Positions 1-10,232 of a stretch of 63,552 bases of DNA are shown here, one piece after another; position 1 is the first letter of the stretch, and every line of letters starts with the position of its first letter. Below the pieces are notes generated by a model, which saw nothing but the letters and a program-made list of their open reading frames with translations, made no database searches and was not told the origin of the DNA. The stretch comes from a virus (Duplodnaviria > Caudoviricetes): positions 1 through 63,552 of the IMG/VR virus record IMGVR_UViG_3300050343_000084; one strand, 5' to 3'. The position numbers and the translations under genes are program-made.

Positions 1-2505
1 ACCACCTTTTTGTATATAGGCTACTTCTTTTTGGTATTCTATAGTTAACTGTGCGTCTTGAGCTTTTTTAATTATGCGTTGTTCTAAAGCGTTGTCTTTG
101 TATATTTTTACAAAAAATCTACCTTGATATTCAGGTTTATTTTCAGATCTAGATTGATATATTGCTATGTCTAAAGGCACGCCTGTTTGTCCTTCTGGTA
201 TAAATTCTAAGCTGTCATCAGTGGGGAATCTAAGTTGAACTCTATATATATTACCTTGTTTTTTTATCCATTCTATTTCAAAATAATCAGATATATTTGA
301 ACCAGAAAGTATTCTACAAGAAAGATTGTTCTCTTTGTTTAAATCAGCTAATCCACCACCGGATCCCGTACCGTCTTCTTTACCGTCAAAATCATCTTCG
401 GGTATTTCAAAAAACCCTTTGTTAACTTGAGGGTATCCCGATCCCGTAAACTCTGTAGTTTGCCTACCAGCTTGGTGCCTTCTTATTTTAACAGCATCTG
501 GCGCTTCGTTTGATATAGCTAATATCTTATATCTAGCAGATTCTTCAATAAACGAATTGTTGTCATGCTCTTTTTTAAGCTCTAAAAACGTTTCTTCGTC
601 GACTTTATTCCTGTCAGCAGACGGGAAAGACAACCATACACTACCATCTTCTGGCAGATAAAATCTATCTAATGCTAAGTTATAATACTCGTTAGATGTT
701 TCTTTTACATAAAACTTGTAATGTGTTGCCCACTTTGGTGGGTTTGAAAGCATGCCTATTTCTATAGTATTGTATAGGTCTGCAAATTCTTTTGCTAATG
801 ATCTACCACCACTATCATTTGTAAATACCGGCGTTTGTCTGCCGTATTGGTCTAAATATACCACGCCCATTTGGTAGGTACGCATAGACTTTAAAGACGG
901 CACCGGTGTAGATCCGTCAGGATCCGATGCTACATTTATAAATTGCCCTGGATTATCTGGGTCTTCAATTATATCTTCATTTTTTGTTGGATCATGTACA
1001 ATACTAAACTCAAAGTTTGGTATAACCTCACTGCTAGCGAAGTCAACCATGTCAAAGTTTTGTGTATAGTTGCCATATATGATTCTATTTCCGGTAATTT
1101 CTTGAGCTAACGCTTTTTTAGGAACGTTATCATAAGGTCTTAGCAATTGGTTAGACGGTAATAAAGAAGATATAAGCTCTGTCTCTATTTTAATTCTGCC
1201 GCTATAGCCTGTTGCTCCACCTTCTTGATAGCTTGTATCATTCCATTGATTATATGATTGGCCAGGTAAATTTGGTGCGGTTTTTTCTATAGTATCAACG
1301 CGGTATACATTAGTGCTGTTTGATTCTTTATAAAGTATATCTATAGCTATTACATCATCAGGAATGTTAGGCGTAATAAAATCTCTCACTTCTAACACTC
1401 GTATGTTATTAGTCATGGCTAAGTTATAACCATCAACGCCTGTATACTCAAATTCATCACCTGGTATAAATGCTATCTCTGTAAAAGGAGAAAATGTGGA
1501 AAATTGGTTATCATCGTATTTATAACGATATGCGAAGCGAGGAAATTTAAACTCAAATAATGGATCGTCCTGTTCCAGCTTTACATCAAACCCCTGTGGC
1601 CCCGGGGGTAGATCTTCGCCTACGCTTTGTAATTCACATATAACCTGCGCTTCTGAAACAACTTGTGTAACTTTTACTCTAGCCTGGAATTCTCTAAGAA
1701 AATTATCATCATCATCCGATATTGTTAATAATAAAAAGTCACCTGCTATATAGTCTACTGCGTTTGTCCAGGTTAAAGTTATAACAGTCCCGAAGTCCAT
1801 TGAGATTGTTTCATCAGGATCGTCTTCTGGGTCAGTAGACAGTGTGTTAAACTCAAATGTAGTAGTTGTTTCTATCTTACCGTCTCTAACAGTATTCTTT
1901 TTATATATAGTTGGCCGTAAAAGAGGCGATTTTTTTATAACAGTAATATCAGCTTCTATGAAGTTTCTGCCGAATATTTGGGTGTGTGTAGCAAAATCAG
2001 ATGAACCCTCTTTAAATTTTTTTATTTCAATTTTTTTAGGTTCTGTTTGATTGTCTGTAAAAAATAAAAACCCTTCGAGTATGTTTACACCCGTAATTAA
2101 AAAGTTTTCATTAAACCCAAGTATACCGTTTTTATCAACTAAAATAGGGAATACAACATCTCTTATTTGGTCATATTCAACAATAGCATCTACGCTCTGT
2201 GATGTGATAAACCAATATATCTTTTCTGTGGTCGCGTCTTTTACAGTACCTATACATTTAGCGTCAGCAGGTATATAAGCCAGTCCAGAGGCTGCCCAGG
2301 TAGTATGTAGCGTAGTTATATCGTTTAAAGTACGATTGACCATTTGAACATTACCAACCAATGTCTGCAATGCACCGACGTCTGAGCCTTCGGATGTAGC
2401 TACCTCTAGGTTTAACGCATCCCTATACTCGCCATTTGGAACTAAACGCTCATCAAGGTCTTTATTCATTTTACCCTTGAGAAACGTATGAATCAATTCT
2501 GGCAT
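1..2505 (-). CDS. Large tail/stabilization (nozzle-like) protein, N-terminal part; runs off the left end and probably continues at 63552
   Basis: Not in the ORF track. ATG at 2505 gives MPELIHTFLKGKMNKDLDERLVPNGEYRDALNLEV. Frame spot-checked open (LFEFKFPRFAYRYKY, LRPYDNVPKKALAQEITGNRIIYGNY) down to position 1. Follows the tail ring genes. Confidence 0.8.
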   Translation of the reverse strand, partial: MPELIHTFLKGKMNKDLDERLVPNGEYRDALNLEVATSEGSDVGALQTLVGNVQMVNRTLNDITTLHTTWAASGLAYIPADAKCIGTVKDATTEKIYWFITSQSVDAIVEYDQIRDVVFPILVDKNGILGFNENFLITGVNILEGFLFFTDNQTEPKKIEIKKFKEGSSDFATHTQIFGRNFIEADITVIKKSPLLRPTIYKKNTVRDGKIETTTTFEFNTLSTDPEDDPDETISMDFGTVITLTWTNAVDYIAGDFLLLTISDDDDNFLREFQARVKVTQVVSEAQVICELQSVGEDLPPGPQGFDVKLEQDDPLFEFKFPRFAYRYKYDDNQFSTFSPFTEIAFIPGDEFEYTGVDGYNLAMTNNIRVLEVRDFITPNIPDDVIAIDILYKESNSTNVYRVDTIEKTAPNLPGQSYNQWNDTSYQEGGATGYSGRIKIETELISSLLPSNQLLRPYDNVPKKALAQEITGNRIIYGNYTQNFDMVDFASSEVIPNFEFSIVHDPTKNEDIIEDPDNPGQFINVASDPDGSTPVPSLKSMRTYQMGVVYLDQYGRQTPVFTNDSGGRSLAKEFADLYNTIEIGMLSNPPKWATHYKFYVKETSNEYYNLALDRFYLPEDGSVWLSFPSADRNKVDEETFLELKKEHDNNSFIEESARYKILAISNEAPDAVKIRRHQAGRQTTEFTGSGYPQVNKGFFEIPEDDFDGKEDGTGSGGGLADLNKENNLSCRILSGSNISDYFEIEWIKKQGNIYRVQLRFPTDDSLEFIPEGQTGVPLDIAIYQSRSENKPEYQGRFFVKIYKDNALEQRIIKKAQDAQLTIEYQKEVAYIQKGG

Positions 2506-2508
2506 ATT

Positions 2509-3429
2509 CTAGTGTTTTATTTGCTTAGACTTACCTCGCATAACCTGCGTTAGTTCTTCTAGCTTAATATTTGATAACCTTAATTTAGCATTACGCTTTG
2601 ATGCTCTTGCTTCTTTTTTATATCTTTGCACGATGTATTCCGGCGTTGCAGGACGAGTAGATACTATAGCGTATGCTATATATTTATATAAAGCATCTTC
2701 TGCAAACTTATGGATTTTGCTTTCCTCATCAGTAGCAAGCCCGTCTGACACATACTTTATTGATATTATTTGCCCTACTATATTTGAACTGAAGTGCATT
2801 ACTCCTCTAACGGGGTCTATAAAAAATACACCATTACTTTGCGAATGCTCGGGATCTAATCCGTATCTACGACCTTGCGATGCGCCTTGTATAAGATCGG
2901 CGTTGTTCATATTTTGAAAATCTGTTTCAGGCGTACTGCCGGATCTTTCTGACTTTCTAAATCTTTTAAATGTTTCTGAGGGTGTAGCGGTAACTATCTC
3001 TCTACTTTGTTCATCGAATATATATTCATATTCGTTATCCTGTACGTATGGCACTGGATCACCTGTTTTTCTTGCAGGGTATAATATTCTTTCTATACCA
3101 GATTCATCTGTCATTGCAACTTTTACATAGCCAACAAAGTCTTGAGGCAGCGGCACATACAATGTAGGTCCAACCTCTACTTCAATCCATTTAGAAGATG
3201 GTAATATATCAAAACTCATTTCGGCTAATCCACGCTGTGCATGGAAAGCTACATCAGTTCTTTTAATTTTGCTAACTAGTTTACCTTCGCCAACATAAGA
3301 TATTATAAAGTTATTTATAACGTCTTTTAAAGAAACAGCCTGGTAATCACCGTAATTTTCATCGTAACTATTCCATATGCCATCTGGCCCTAAATAGTAC
3401 TGCTCATTATTTTGATATAGTAAACCCAT
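2509..3429 (-). CDS. Putative tail ring/adaptor structural protein
   Basis: 306-aa ORF between the capsid and tail genes; assignment from gene position in a crAss-like morphogenesis module. Confidence 0.55.
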   Translation of the reverse strand: MGLLYQNNEQYYLGPDGIWNSYDENYGDYQAVSLKDVINNFIISYVGEGKLVSKIKRTDVAFHAQRGLAEMSFDILPSSKWIEVEVGPTLYVPLPQDFVGYVKVAMTDESGIERILYPARKTGDPVPYVQDNEYEYIFDEQSREIVTATPSETFKRFRKSERSGSTPETDFQNMNNADLIQGASQGRRYGLDPEHSQSNGVFFIDPVRGVMHFSSNIVGQIISIKYVSDGLATDEESKIHKFAEDALYKYIAYAIVSTRPATPEYIVQRYKKEARASKRNAKLRLSNIKLEELTQVMRGKSKQIKH

Positions 3430-3432
3430 CTA

Positions 3433-4218
3433 TTATGCTTTTTCTTGTTGTGTATTCTTAACTTCTTCACCGGCTGCTATTTGATACATTTGAATATCTT
3501 TAACAACTAACCCGGCTAATTCTAATACTTTTATTACAAGCTCAGTTTCTTCTGACGGATGTAATTCAAAGTCCTGCGAGTATGTAGCGTCATATAGCGC
3601 TTCGCCATATACCATTTGGTATCTCCATTCAACCTTAGCTGGCTTACGTATATAATTACACTTTACAGCGGAAGTTAATTCGGTATTACCATACACGTTA
3701 ATATTACCGTTTTTTGATATATATATAGGGCGTATATTTTTAGGCTTAGTTAATGGCGAAGAGTTAATATATAAAAACTCATTTCCATTAATTCGCTCTG
3801 CTTCTATATCTTCGTTAAGAGTTTGTCTATATATAGTAGGATTCTCTTCCGGGAAGTTTGCCGGCTGAGTAGGCGATGGGTAAAGATCCCTTATGGTAGT
3901 GTTTGTAAATATAACAGTACCAAGCCTGTACATATCCGTAGGGAGCGGAAAGTAACTATTTGTTTCGTCGTATGTTAGATCTCCCTGAGTTTCGAATACG
4001 GCTATTTTTTTATTCAGTATATCAAGCATGTCCGAGTATTCTGTATCATTACCAGGTGTTCGGCCAAATTGATTTATATCATAAAAATACTGCTCAAATA
4101 AATCTAATTGAGCTTGATTTGCAAATAAATTAAATTCCTGAGGCGTAACATACCCTCGTTGTTCTTTATTGAGTATGCCTAATACTCTTTGATAAACAGT
4201 ATCTATACTTACGCTCAT
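3433..4218 (-). CDS. Putative tail tubular/head-tail connector protein
   Basis: 261 aa; N-terminus (VYQRVLGILNKEQRGYVTPQEFNLFANQAQ) resembles crAss-like ring proteins; position downstream of the capsid gene. Confidence 0.6.
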   Translation of the reverse strand: MSVSIDTVYQRVLGILNKEQRGYVTPQEFNLFANQAQLDLFEQYFYDINQFGRTPGNDTEYSDMLDILNKKIAVFETQGDLTYDETNSYFPLPTDMYRLGTVIFTNTTIRDLYPSPTQPANFPEENPTIYRQTLNEDIEAERINGNEFLYINSSPLTKPKNIRPIYISKNGNINVYGNTELTSAVKCNYIRKPAKVEWRYQMVYGEALYDATYSQDFELHPSEETELVIKVLELAGLVVKDIQMYQIAAGEEVKNTQQEKA

Positions 4219-4229
4219 ATTTTTTTATT

Positions 4230-4270
4230 TATAGTAATTAGGCCACCCATAAGATGGCCTTACCACTATG
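4230..4270 (-). terminator. Intergenic stem-loop (terminator or processing hairpin)
   Basis: Minus strand ATAGTGGTAAGGCCATC-loop-GGTGGCCTAATTACTAT; no clear U-tract. Confidence 0.45.
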
Positions 4271-4275
4271 AGTGA

Positions 4276-5046
4276 CTATTTAAGTCTTTTTTCAATTGCT
4301 TTATAAACTTCAACGCCTTCGTCCGTTTTAAACCATGCTGCTAATGCAGAATATGGGTTTTCATCAAAAGGAACAGTCATAAGCTTTCTATCGCCGTCTC
4401 CATATGTAAATGTTCTTTGGTCTTGCGATAATTTTACTATGCCGTTTTCAACAGCTTTAATACCAAAGTTTCTTAATTGCACGTTATCATCATTTGCTAA
4501 TTCAACAAACAATAATGGATTACGTTTTGCAAATATTAAACCGTCACGTTTTAACTCGCTGCTTGATAGTTCGTTTACTTTAGATCCAAATTGAACTCTT
4601 AATATAGCTTCTATTTGGTCAATGTCTAACGCTTTAGCCAAGTTGAGTGCAGTTATTTCAGCTTCAATCCAATCTAATTGATTCGCAGCTTGCTGCTGAG
4701 GCTTATACTCTTCCCACACCTCGTCTTTCATAGGGTGGTACAATGATAACAGCTTTTGTAATACTTGGTTTTCTTTTGGAACATTCAATGCTCCATTTCT
4801 AAAGACAATACGCCCTAACGTTGCCGGTCCTTTTTGTTCATCTACAAAGGGTGATGGTTGGTTAGTTGCATATTTTAATTCTCGTTGATACCCTTTATCA
4901 GCATCAAACCAAAGTAATGGTTTTCTCCCGCTGTGTTTAGATGGTACCGTAAATACTAATGGACGCTTGTTGTTTCTAAGCGTATATAGTCTATCTTTAA
5001 CTTCCCAAGATTGCTCTACAACCTCGGTTTCTTTCTTTTTTGCCAT
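4276..5046 (-). CDS. Conserved phage protein downstream of the major capsid gene (structural or assembly)
   Basis: 256-aa ORF in the morphogenesis operon. Confidence 0.6.
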   Translation of the reverse strand: MAKKKETEVVEQSWEVKDRLYTLRNNKRPLVFTVPSKHSGRKPLLWFDADKGYQRELKYATNQPSPFVDEQKGPATLGRIVFRNGALNVPKENQVLQKLLSLYHPMKDEVWEEYKPQQQAANQLDWIEAEITALNLAKALDIDQIEAILRVQFGSKVNELSSSELKRDGLIFAKRNPLLFVELANDDNVQLRNFGIKAVENGIVKLSQDQRTFTYGDGDRKLMTVPFDENPYSALAAWFKTDEGVEVYKAIEKRLK

Positions 5047-5059
5047 GATATAATATAAT

Positions 5060-5112
5060 AAAAATGTTAAAAGTAATAACTACCCCCGTCAGTTCAACGA
5101 GGGTAATTACTA
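5060..5112 (-). terminator. Intrinsic terminator after the major capsid gene
   Basis: Minus strand TAATTACCCTCGT-TGAACTG-ACGGGGGTAGTTA followed by T-rich TTACTTTTAACATTTTT. Confidence 0.7.
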
Positions 5113-5120
5113 CAAAGGTT

Positions 5121-6533
5121 TTAGCTTGTCGCTTTCAACAATACGAAGTTGTTAGCAGCTTGAACACACAACGCTCTTTCAGATAAGAAGTGTACGTTCA
5201 TTTCGTCAGCGTCAGAAGTATAGTTACCTCCTACTGATCCAGTCACCCAAGACTTCATTCTACGGTCATCAGCTTCAGAAGCTCTGTAGCGGATGTGTAG
5301 GAATGGACGTGAGATGTTCTTTCCGAGTTGCTGATCGTAAACTGTAGAAGTACCAGCAGGAACTAGTACACCTTCAACATCTGCAACTAATCCACGAGTT
5401 GTAGAATCGTTTAGATATTTCCAGTCAGTTTTATAGAAATCGTAAGAACCTCTACGGAATCCTGAGAAACCTAGGTTAAGTGCCATATCTTCTGAATTGT
5501 CAAATACACCGTAAGATGTACCTCCAGCTCCATAAGAATTTTGAGCAGCCAACATATTGTCAATAGCTAGTGAAGTACCGCGATCTAAGAAAAGCATGTT
5601 TTCTTCGATTGATCCTTGCTTGTCTAGCTCAGCCAAAATAGTGTCAAAGTCAGCAAGACCTGCGCCTGCAGCAGCTCCGAAGTCAGCGTCAGTATAAACT
5701 AATCCTCTTTCTTCAAGAGCAGCAAATAGACCTTCAGATCCAGTTACGTTTGTACCACCGCCAAATCCAGCAGCAGCAGTAATATCACGTACATTACCTG
5801 CACCATCTGTTGATTTTTCTGCTTCAACCATAGCCATTTCAAGTTGATCTTCGAAACGGATACGAGCTTCGTGCTCAGACTTTAAGTACCAAAGGTAACC
5901 AGAAGTTCCAGCTTCAGTAGTTACTTCTACCCAACCAATTTGAGCAACATCAGAACCGTTTACATTATACTTGTCACGCAAGATAATTGGTTTGTTGTTG
6001 AAAGTTGTGAAAGAAGCATCAATTGAATTACCAGCTTTTTCAGTTCCTTTAGCGTACTCAGAACCGTAAACAAATACTTTTACGTCGCCTCCAGTGATAG
6101 TTAATCCTGATGCGTCGCCATAAGTATCTACAGTTACAGCCTGCCCCACTACGTCTTGTACATATGCTTTTTGCGTTGTAAAGCCTTTAGATACAACAAG
6201 TGTCATTCCTTTTCCGATCAAGTGACCTGCAGGGAATGTCAAAGTTGTAGCGTCTGCTACAGCAACATCATCATAAGCAATGTGTAAACGTCCTTGTTCT
6301 GACCAAGTAATTACGTCAGAAGCCATAGGCATTTCAGCGCCTACCATACGTAAAAATCCAGAAATAGTACGATTTCCATATCGCTCTACTTCTTTCTCAT
6401 ATACCTCAGGCAAAAATTGTTGCGTGAAGTCTAAGTCCGCGACAGAAAGGTAGTTGTCTCCAAACAATCCCTTAATAGGTCGTGGTGTTAAATGTGCGAG
6501 AGCTGTTGGGCTCCCAGTAAAAGATCCAGCCAT
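5121..6533 (-). CDS. Major capsid protein
   Basis: 470 aa; follows portal and scaffold genes; motifs QQFLPEVYEKEVERYGNR, WSEQGRLH and GFSGFRRGSYDFYK resemble Bacteroidota-phage capsid proteins; followed by a terminator. Confidence 0.85.
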   Translation of the reverse strand: MAGSFTGSPTALAHLTPRPIKGLFGDNYLSVADLDFTQQFLPEVYEKEVERYGNRTISGFLRMVGAEMPMASDVITWSEQGRLHIAYDDVAVADATTLTFPAGHLIGKGMTLVVSKGFTTQKAYVQDVVGQAVTVDTYGDASGLTITGGDVKVFVYGSEYAKGTEKAGNSIDASFTTFNNKPIILRDKYNVNGSDVAQIGWVEVTTEAGTSGYLWYLKSEHEARIRFEDQLEMAMVEAEKSTDGAGNVRDITAAAGFGGGTNVTGSEGLFAALEERGLVYTDADFGAAAGAGLADFDTILAELDKQGSIEENMLFLDRGTSLAIDNMLAAQNSYGAGGTSYGVFDNSEDMALNLGFSGFRRGSYDFYKTDWKYLNDSTTRGLVADVEGVLVPAGTSTVYDQQLGKNISRPFLHIRYRASEADDRRMKSWVTGSVGGNYTSDADEMNVHFLSERALCVQAANNFVLLKATS

Positions 6534-6554
6534 TTTATAAATTTTTAATGGTTA

Positions 6555-7769
6555 TTATTTTCGTTTTTTAACTTTAAAACTACTCGTACTTACTGCATCA
6601 CTTTCAACCGTGCGTATTGTCCAACCATTTTGTGTTGTTACTTTTTCGTGTCCCCGTCTCGGGTCCATATCAACATTTTTGGTTCTTGACATGCTATCTT
6701 TCACTGCATCGGCCTTGCCTTGCTCGTAAAAGTGGTTTGCAATTGCATCAGCATTCATAGCTGTGAATAAAGACTTATGATAACCCTTAGCGTCTGACAT
6801 TTCATTTTTATCGTTCAAGAACTTCTTGACAAAATTATTAATGTCGCTTTGAGTTTTCTTTACATCTCCAGTATTTTTAATTTTAAACCTATACTTCTTG
6901 TCCCCAACAGAATAATCAAAACCTTTGAAATTCTCATTAAAAACGTTTTCGGTTTCAGTTAAAAATATTTTCTTTTGCGATTCAGCCATTTTAGTGACCT
7001 CTTCGTTTTCTTTATTGTAGCGGTTGAAAAATTCAACTGCCTTTTGCTGGTCCTGTGTTAAATTAGATCCAGCTTTAATATTTTCGTAATATTTGCCCTT
7101 TAAGCTTTCAAGATGTTTTTTAGCTTTAGCAGCTTCTTCTTTAAAAGCTATTTTAGCTTTTCTAATATCCCTTGGCTCATCTAGCTCTTCATCATATGAA
7201 AAGTCTTCCATAAGAATATCAATATCTTCTTTGTCTAAATGAGGCTTTGTCGTTTCGTAAAATTCACGAATTAACTGTGCTTCATTTAATTTAGAATAAT
7301 CAGTATTTAGTTTTACATAATCATCCAAACTTCCGCCTGTTTCATTCATAAAGTCTACAACTTTTTGAATATTTTCCGGGAGTTCAACGCCTGTTTCATT
7401 TGACTCAGCCACGGCTTCTTCAACAATCTCTTTTGTTTCTTCAACTGTGGGAGCGGGCTCTTCCGCTACTTCATCATCGACTATTTCTTCTAGCGCCGCT
7501 TCTTCGGTTTCCCGTACTTCTTCAACCACTTCTTGGCTGTCTGACGTGTCTTCGGATTCTCCGACAATAGCATCGCCGTCATCTGTGCTTTGCTCTTGAA
7601 CGGCATCTTCTTGTGGATTATTAAGTTTACCTAAATCTAATTTTATTGTACCATCTTCAGCGACTGATGCGCCAGTATCTGGTTTTTCTTCAACAACTTC
7701 GTTTTCAGCTGTTGGCTGTTCTTGAGTGTCTTCTTGTACCTCAAGTACTTCTTCTTGGTTTTCTGACAT
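6555..7769 (-). CDS. Putative capsid scaffolding protein
   Basis: Very acidic low-complexity N-terminus, helical C-terminus, between portal and capsid genes. Confidence 0.65.
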   Translation of the reverse strand: MSENQEEVLEVQEDTQEQPTAENEVVEEKPDTGASVAEDGTIKLDLGKLNNPQEDAVQEQSTDDGDAIVGESEDTSDSQEVVEEVRETEEAALEEIVDDEVAEEPAPTVEETKEIVEEAVAESNETGVELPENIQKVVDFMNETGGSLDDYVKLNTDYSKLNEAQLIREFYETTKPHLDKEDIDILMEDFSYDEELDEPRDIRKAKIAFKEEAAKAKKHLESLKGKYYENIKAGSNLTQDQQKAVEFFNRYNKENEEVTKMAESQKKIFLTETENVFNENFKGFDYSVGDKKYRFKIKNTGDVKKTQSDINNFVKKFLNDKNEMSDAKGYHKSLFTAMNADAIANHFYEQGKADAVKDSMSRTKNVDMDPRRGHEKVTTQNGWTIRTVESDAVSTSSFKVKKRK

Positions 7770-7797
7770 GATAAAATATTATATAATTGTACATTAC

Positions 7798-7826
7798 TAT
7801 TATTACTTAGGTTCAAAGGTTCCTAA
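7798..7826 (-). promoter_or_regulatory. Class-2 (middle/late) promoter candidate TTAG-N16-GTAATAATA
   Basis: One of five sites with TTRR-N16-GTAAT spacing; upstream of scaffold and capsid genes. Confidence 0.55.
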
Positions 7827-10229
7827 GTCAAACCCTCCGCCAATTATATCGTTTCCGCCGGATTCGAAGTTTTTTGGTGGTGTATTGTTTTTCCTTTGCT
7901 CAATTAATTCACTTTGTTGTGTAGCTTCCATTTTTGAGCGATCGTCTTTGCGATCTTCTTTTTTACTTTCGCGTTGCTTATAAAGTTCAGTTTCCATACC
8001 TTTAAGCTGCATGTTGTAATCAAACTCTTGCGCCATTAAAGCTTTCTTTGCTTCAACTTCTGCTTGCAACTTTTGCAGATCCAGTTCCCCTTCTAATTGT
8101 TTTAGTTGCGCTTTTTGCTGCGTTATAGCCGCTTGCTTTTGTATTTCAGCTTGCGCAGCTACTTGCTGAGCTTGTGCATTTGCCTGTGCCTGTGCTTGCA
8201 TGTTTTGCTGCTGAATGGCTTGATCTCTCTCTTGTTTTTTCTTGCGCTTAATTTTTAACAGCTGATTAGCTAATTTTAAATTTTGTACTTGACGTATATC
8301 TATAGCATCATCCAGGTCTATTAAACCTGCTGACAATGCTGTTTGTATATTGTTCTCAAGCATTTGTTTTTCTTCCTCATCCGGCATAAGCGTTAAAAAT
8401 ATACCAAAGTCATATAAGTGTAAATTACTCATCTCTGAAAGAGTAGCCACATTATGAGACCCTATTTTTTGTATAAATGCCTCTTTCGCTGGTGAATACT
8501 CTATAATATCAGAAACTCTTAACGATAAGCATTCGGCTAAATGAGCTGTTATATTTAAGCCTGCCTCTAATATATGCCTTGTAGCTGTATTACTATTTGC
8601 CGCGGCTATTTTTTGTATACCTACTAAAGCCTTACCGTCGGGCATACTGCCGTCTCTTGCTTCATTCAATCCGGTCACGTCGCGGATCATTTGCAAATAA
8701 TAGTTGTAGGTATTTATTAAAGCCCCTAGCTTATTGCCGCCGCTACCGCTTGTAATTTCTTGAATAGGTATTTTACCCGGGTTCATATCCCCATCTTGCG
8801 TAAATGATCTACCAATTACAGAACCTGTTTGGAAAAACATATTTAATGCTTCCTGCGGATTATAGTTTGTGCCGTTACCTAAATCAATTTCAGCCAAACC
8901 ATCTGCGTCTAAATAAACGCCATCTGGCACCATTCGCGATAGCAATTGTTGTAACTTTAAATGTGTTAACTGAACCATATCAGCAAACCCTGTAATACGA
9001 TCAACTAAAGATTCAATTTTGCCTTTGTACATTCTAGGCGCGTTAATGCTATAATTTAATAACACTTTTGAGCTATCACTTTTTGGGCGCATCATATTTT
9101 TAGCAAGCTCCCATTGTAATAAATAGTCGGTGCCTAATATTAAAACTCCCTCGTATAACACCTCAATAGATCTTGATAGTTTGCCATACTGCTGCTCTAA
9201 CACTTCAACTGGAGGATCAAATGTATCGTCTCTTAATAAAACTTTAGATGCGCCTGTAGCGGTCTCTTTAATTTTATATACTTCGTTCATGTACGTTTTG
9301 TAATTGAAATACAATACTTGAACTGTATTAGAATCCGTTTCATTATAATTAGAAAGTGTCCTATCGTAAAACCCGTTATTTTGATAACCCGTCTCAGATA
9401 TTCTTTTTAAATCTTCATCTGTTAAATCGGGAAACTGTTTCTTAATTTCGTTAATAGGTACGTTTTTAACCTCGCCGCAATAATATATATCATCAAAATA
9501 AGGTGAATCAGTATACGACCAAACTAAATTAGCAGGATCAACATAATCAATTACAACACTTTCTGACTTACTAAATCTATTTTTAACAGCGCCAATACCT
9601 ATGGTGGTTAAATCATATATTACTCGCTTTTTTGTTAAATCATAATTATTGCCATCTAATAATACATTTATAGCTTGCTCTTCCGCAATCTCTACAGCCT
9701 GTTTGTAGGTAAGCTGCATGTGTACATCCAATTCTTCTTGAGAATCGGGTAACATTTCTGGAGGATTTTCATATAAGTTAACTCCAAAGTTTTCTTTTGC
9801 AAAATCATTTATTTCTTTGGTCTGTATGTCTCTAACTATACTTTGCAAATATTTTGTACGTTTTGAAACTCCATACGGATCTTGGGAATATGCTTTTATA
9901 TCAAAAGCTCTTTCTGAAATACCGTTTACAACAATATCAACAAACTTAGGTATAATAGGAACTGGTTTCCAATCTATATTTAAATATGATAAATCACCGT
10001 TAATAGATAATTCATCTTTATATTTTTGTATTGATTGCTCACCTCTAGCGTATAGTCTTAATCTATGAAATGTATTTTGATTACTTCTATATCTATTAGT
10101 ACCAGAATCGGACTTAAACCATTCGTCTTGAATTGCCCTACCGACTCTTAAACCATATTCAGGCGACATTTTTTCTTGGTCGCTAGCAACTTGGCTTGGA
10201 AAAAAACTATTTATAACTGACTCAGCCAT
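7803..10229 (-). CDS. Portal protein
   Basis: 808 aa, directly after the terminase; WKPVPIIPKFVDIVVNG motif and Gln-rich coiled-coil C-terminus typical of podovirus portals. Confidence 0.85.
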   Translation of the reverse strand: MAESVINSFFPSQVASDQEKMSPEYGLRVGRAIQDEWFKSDSGTNRYRSNQNTFHRLRLYARGEQSIQKYKDELSINGDLSYLNIDWKPVPIIPKFVDIVVNGISERAFDIKAYSQDPYGVSKRTKYLQSIVRDIQTKEINDFAKENFGVNLYENPPEMLPDSQEELDVHMQLTYKQAVEIAEEQAINVLLDGNNYDLTKKRVIYDLTTIGIGAVKNRFSKSESVVIDYVDPANLVWSYTDSPYFDDIYYCGEVKNVPINEIKKQFPDLTDEDLKRISETGYQNNGFYDRTLSNYNETDSNTVQVLYFNYKTYMNEVYKIKETATGASKVLLRDDTFDPPVEVLEQQYGKLSRSIEVLYEGVLILGTDYLLQWELAKNMMRPKSDSSKVLLNYSINAPRMYKGKIESLVDRITGFADMVQLTHLKLQQLLSRMVPDGVYLDADGLAEIDLGNGTNYNPQEALNMFFQTGSVIGRSFTQDGDMNPGKIPIQEITSGSGGNKLGALINTYNYYLQMIRDVTGLNEARDGSMPDGKALVGIQKIAAANSNTATRHILEAGLNITAHLAECLSLRVSDIIEYSPAKEAFIQKIGSHNVATLSEMSNLHLYDFGIFLTLMPDEEEKQMLENNIQTALSAGLIDLDDAIDIRQVQNLKLANQLLKIKRKKKQERDQAIQQQNMQAQAQANAQAQQVAAQAEIQKQAAITQQKAQLKQLEGELDLQKLQAEVEAKKALMAQEFDYNMQLKGMETELYKQRESKKEDRKDDRSKMEATQQSELIEQRKNNTPPKNFESGGNDIIGGGFDLGTFEPK

Positions 10230-10232
10230 ACT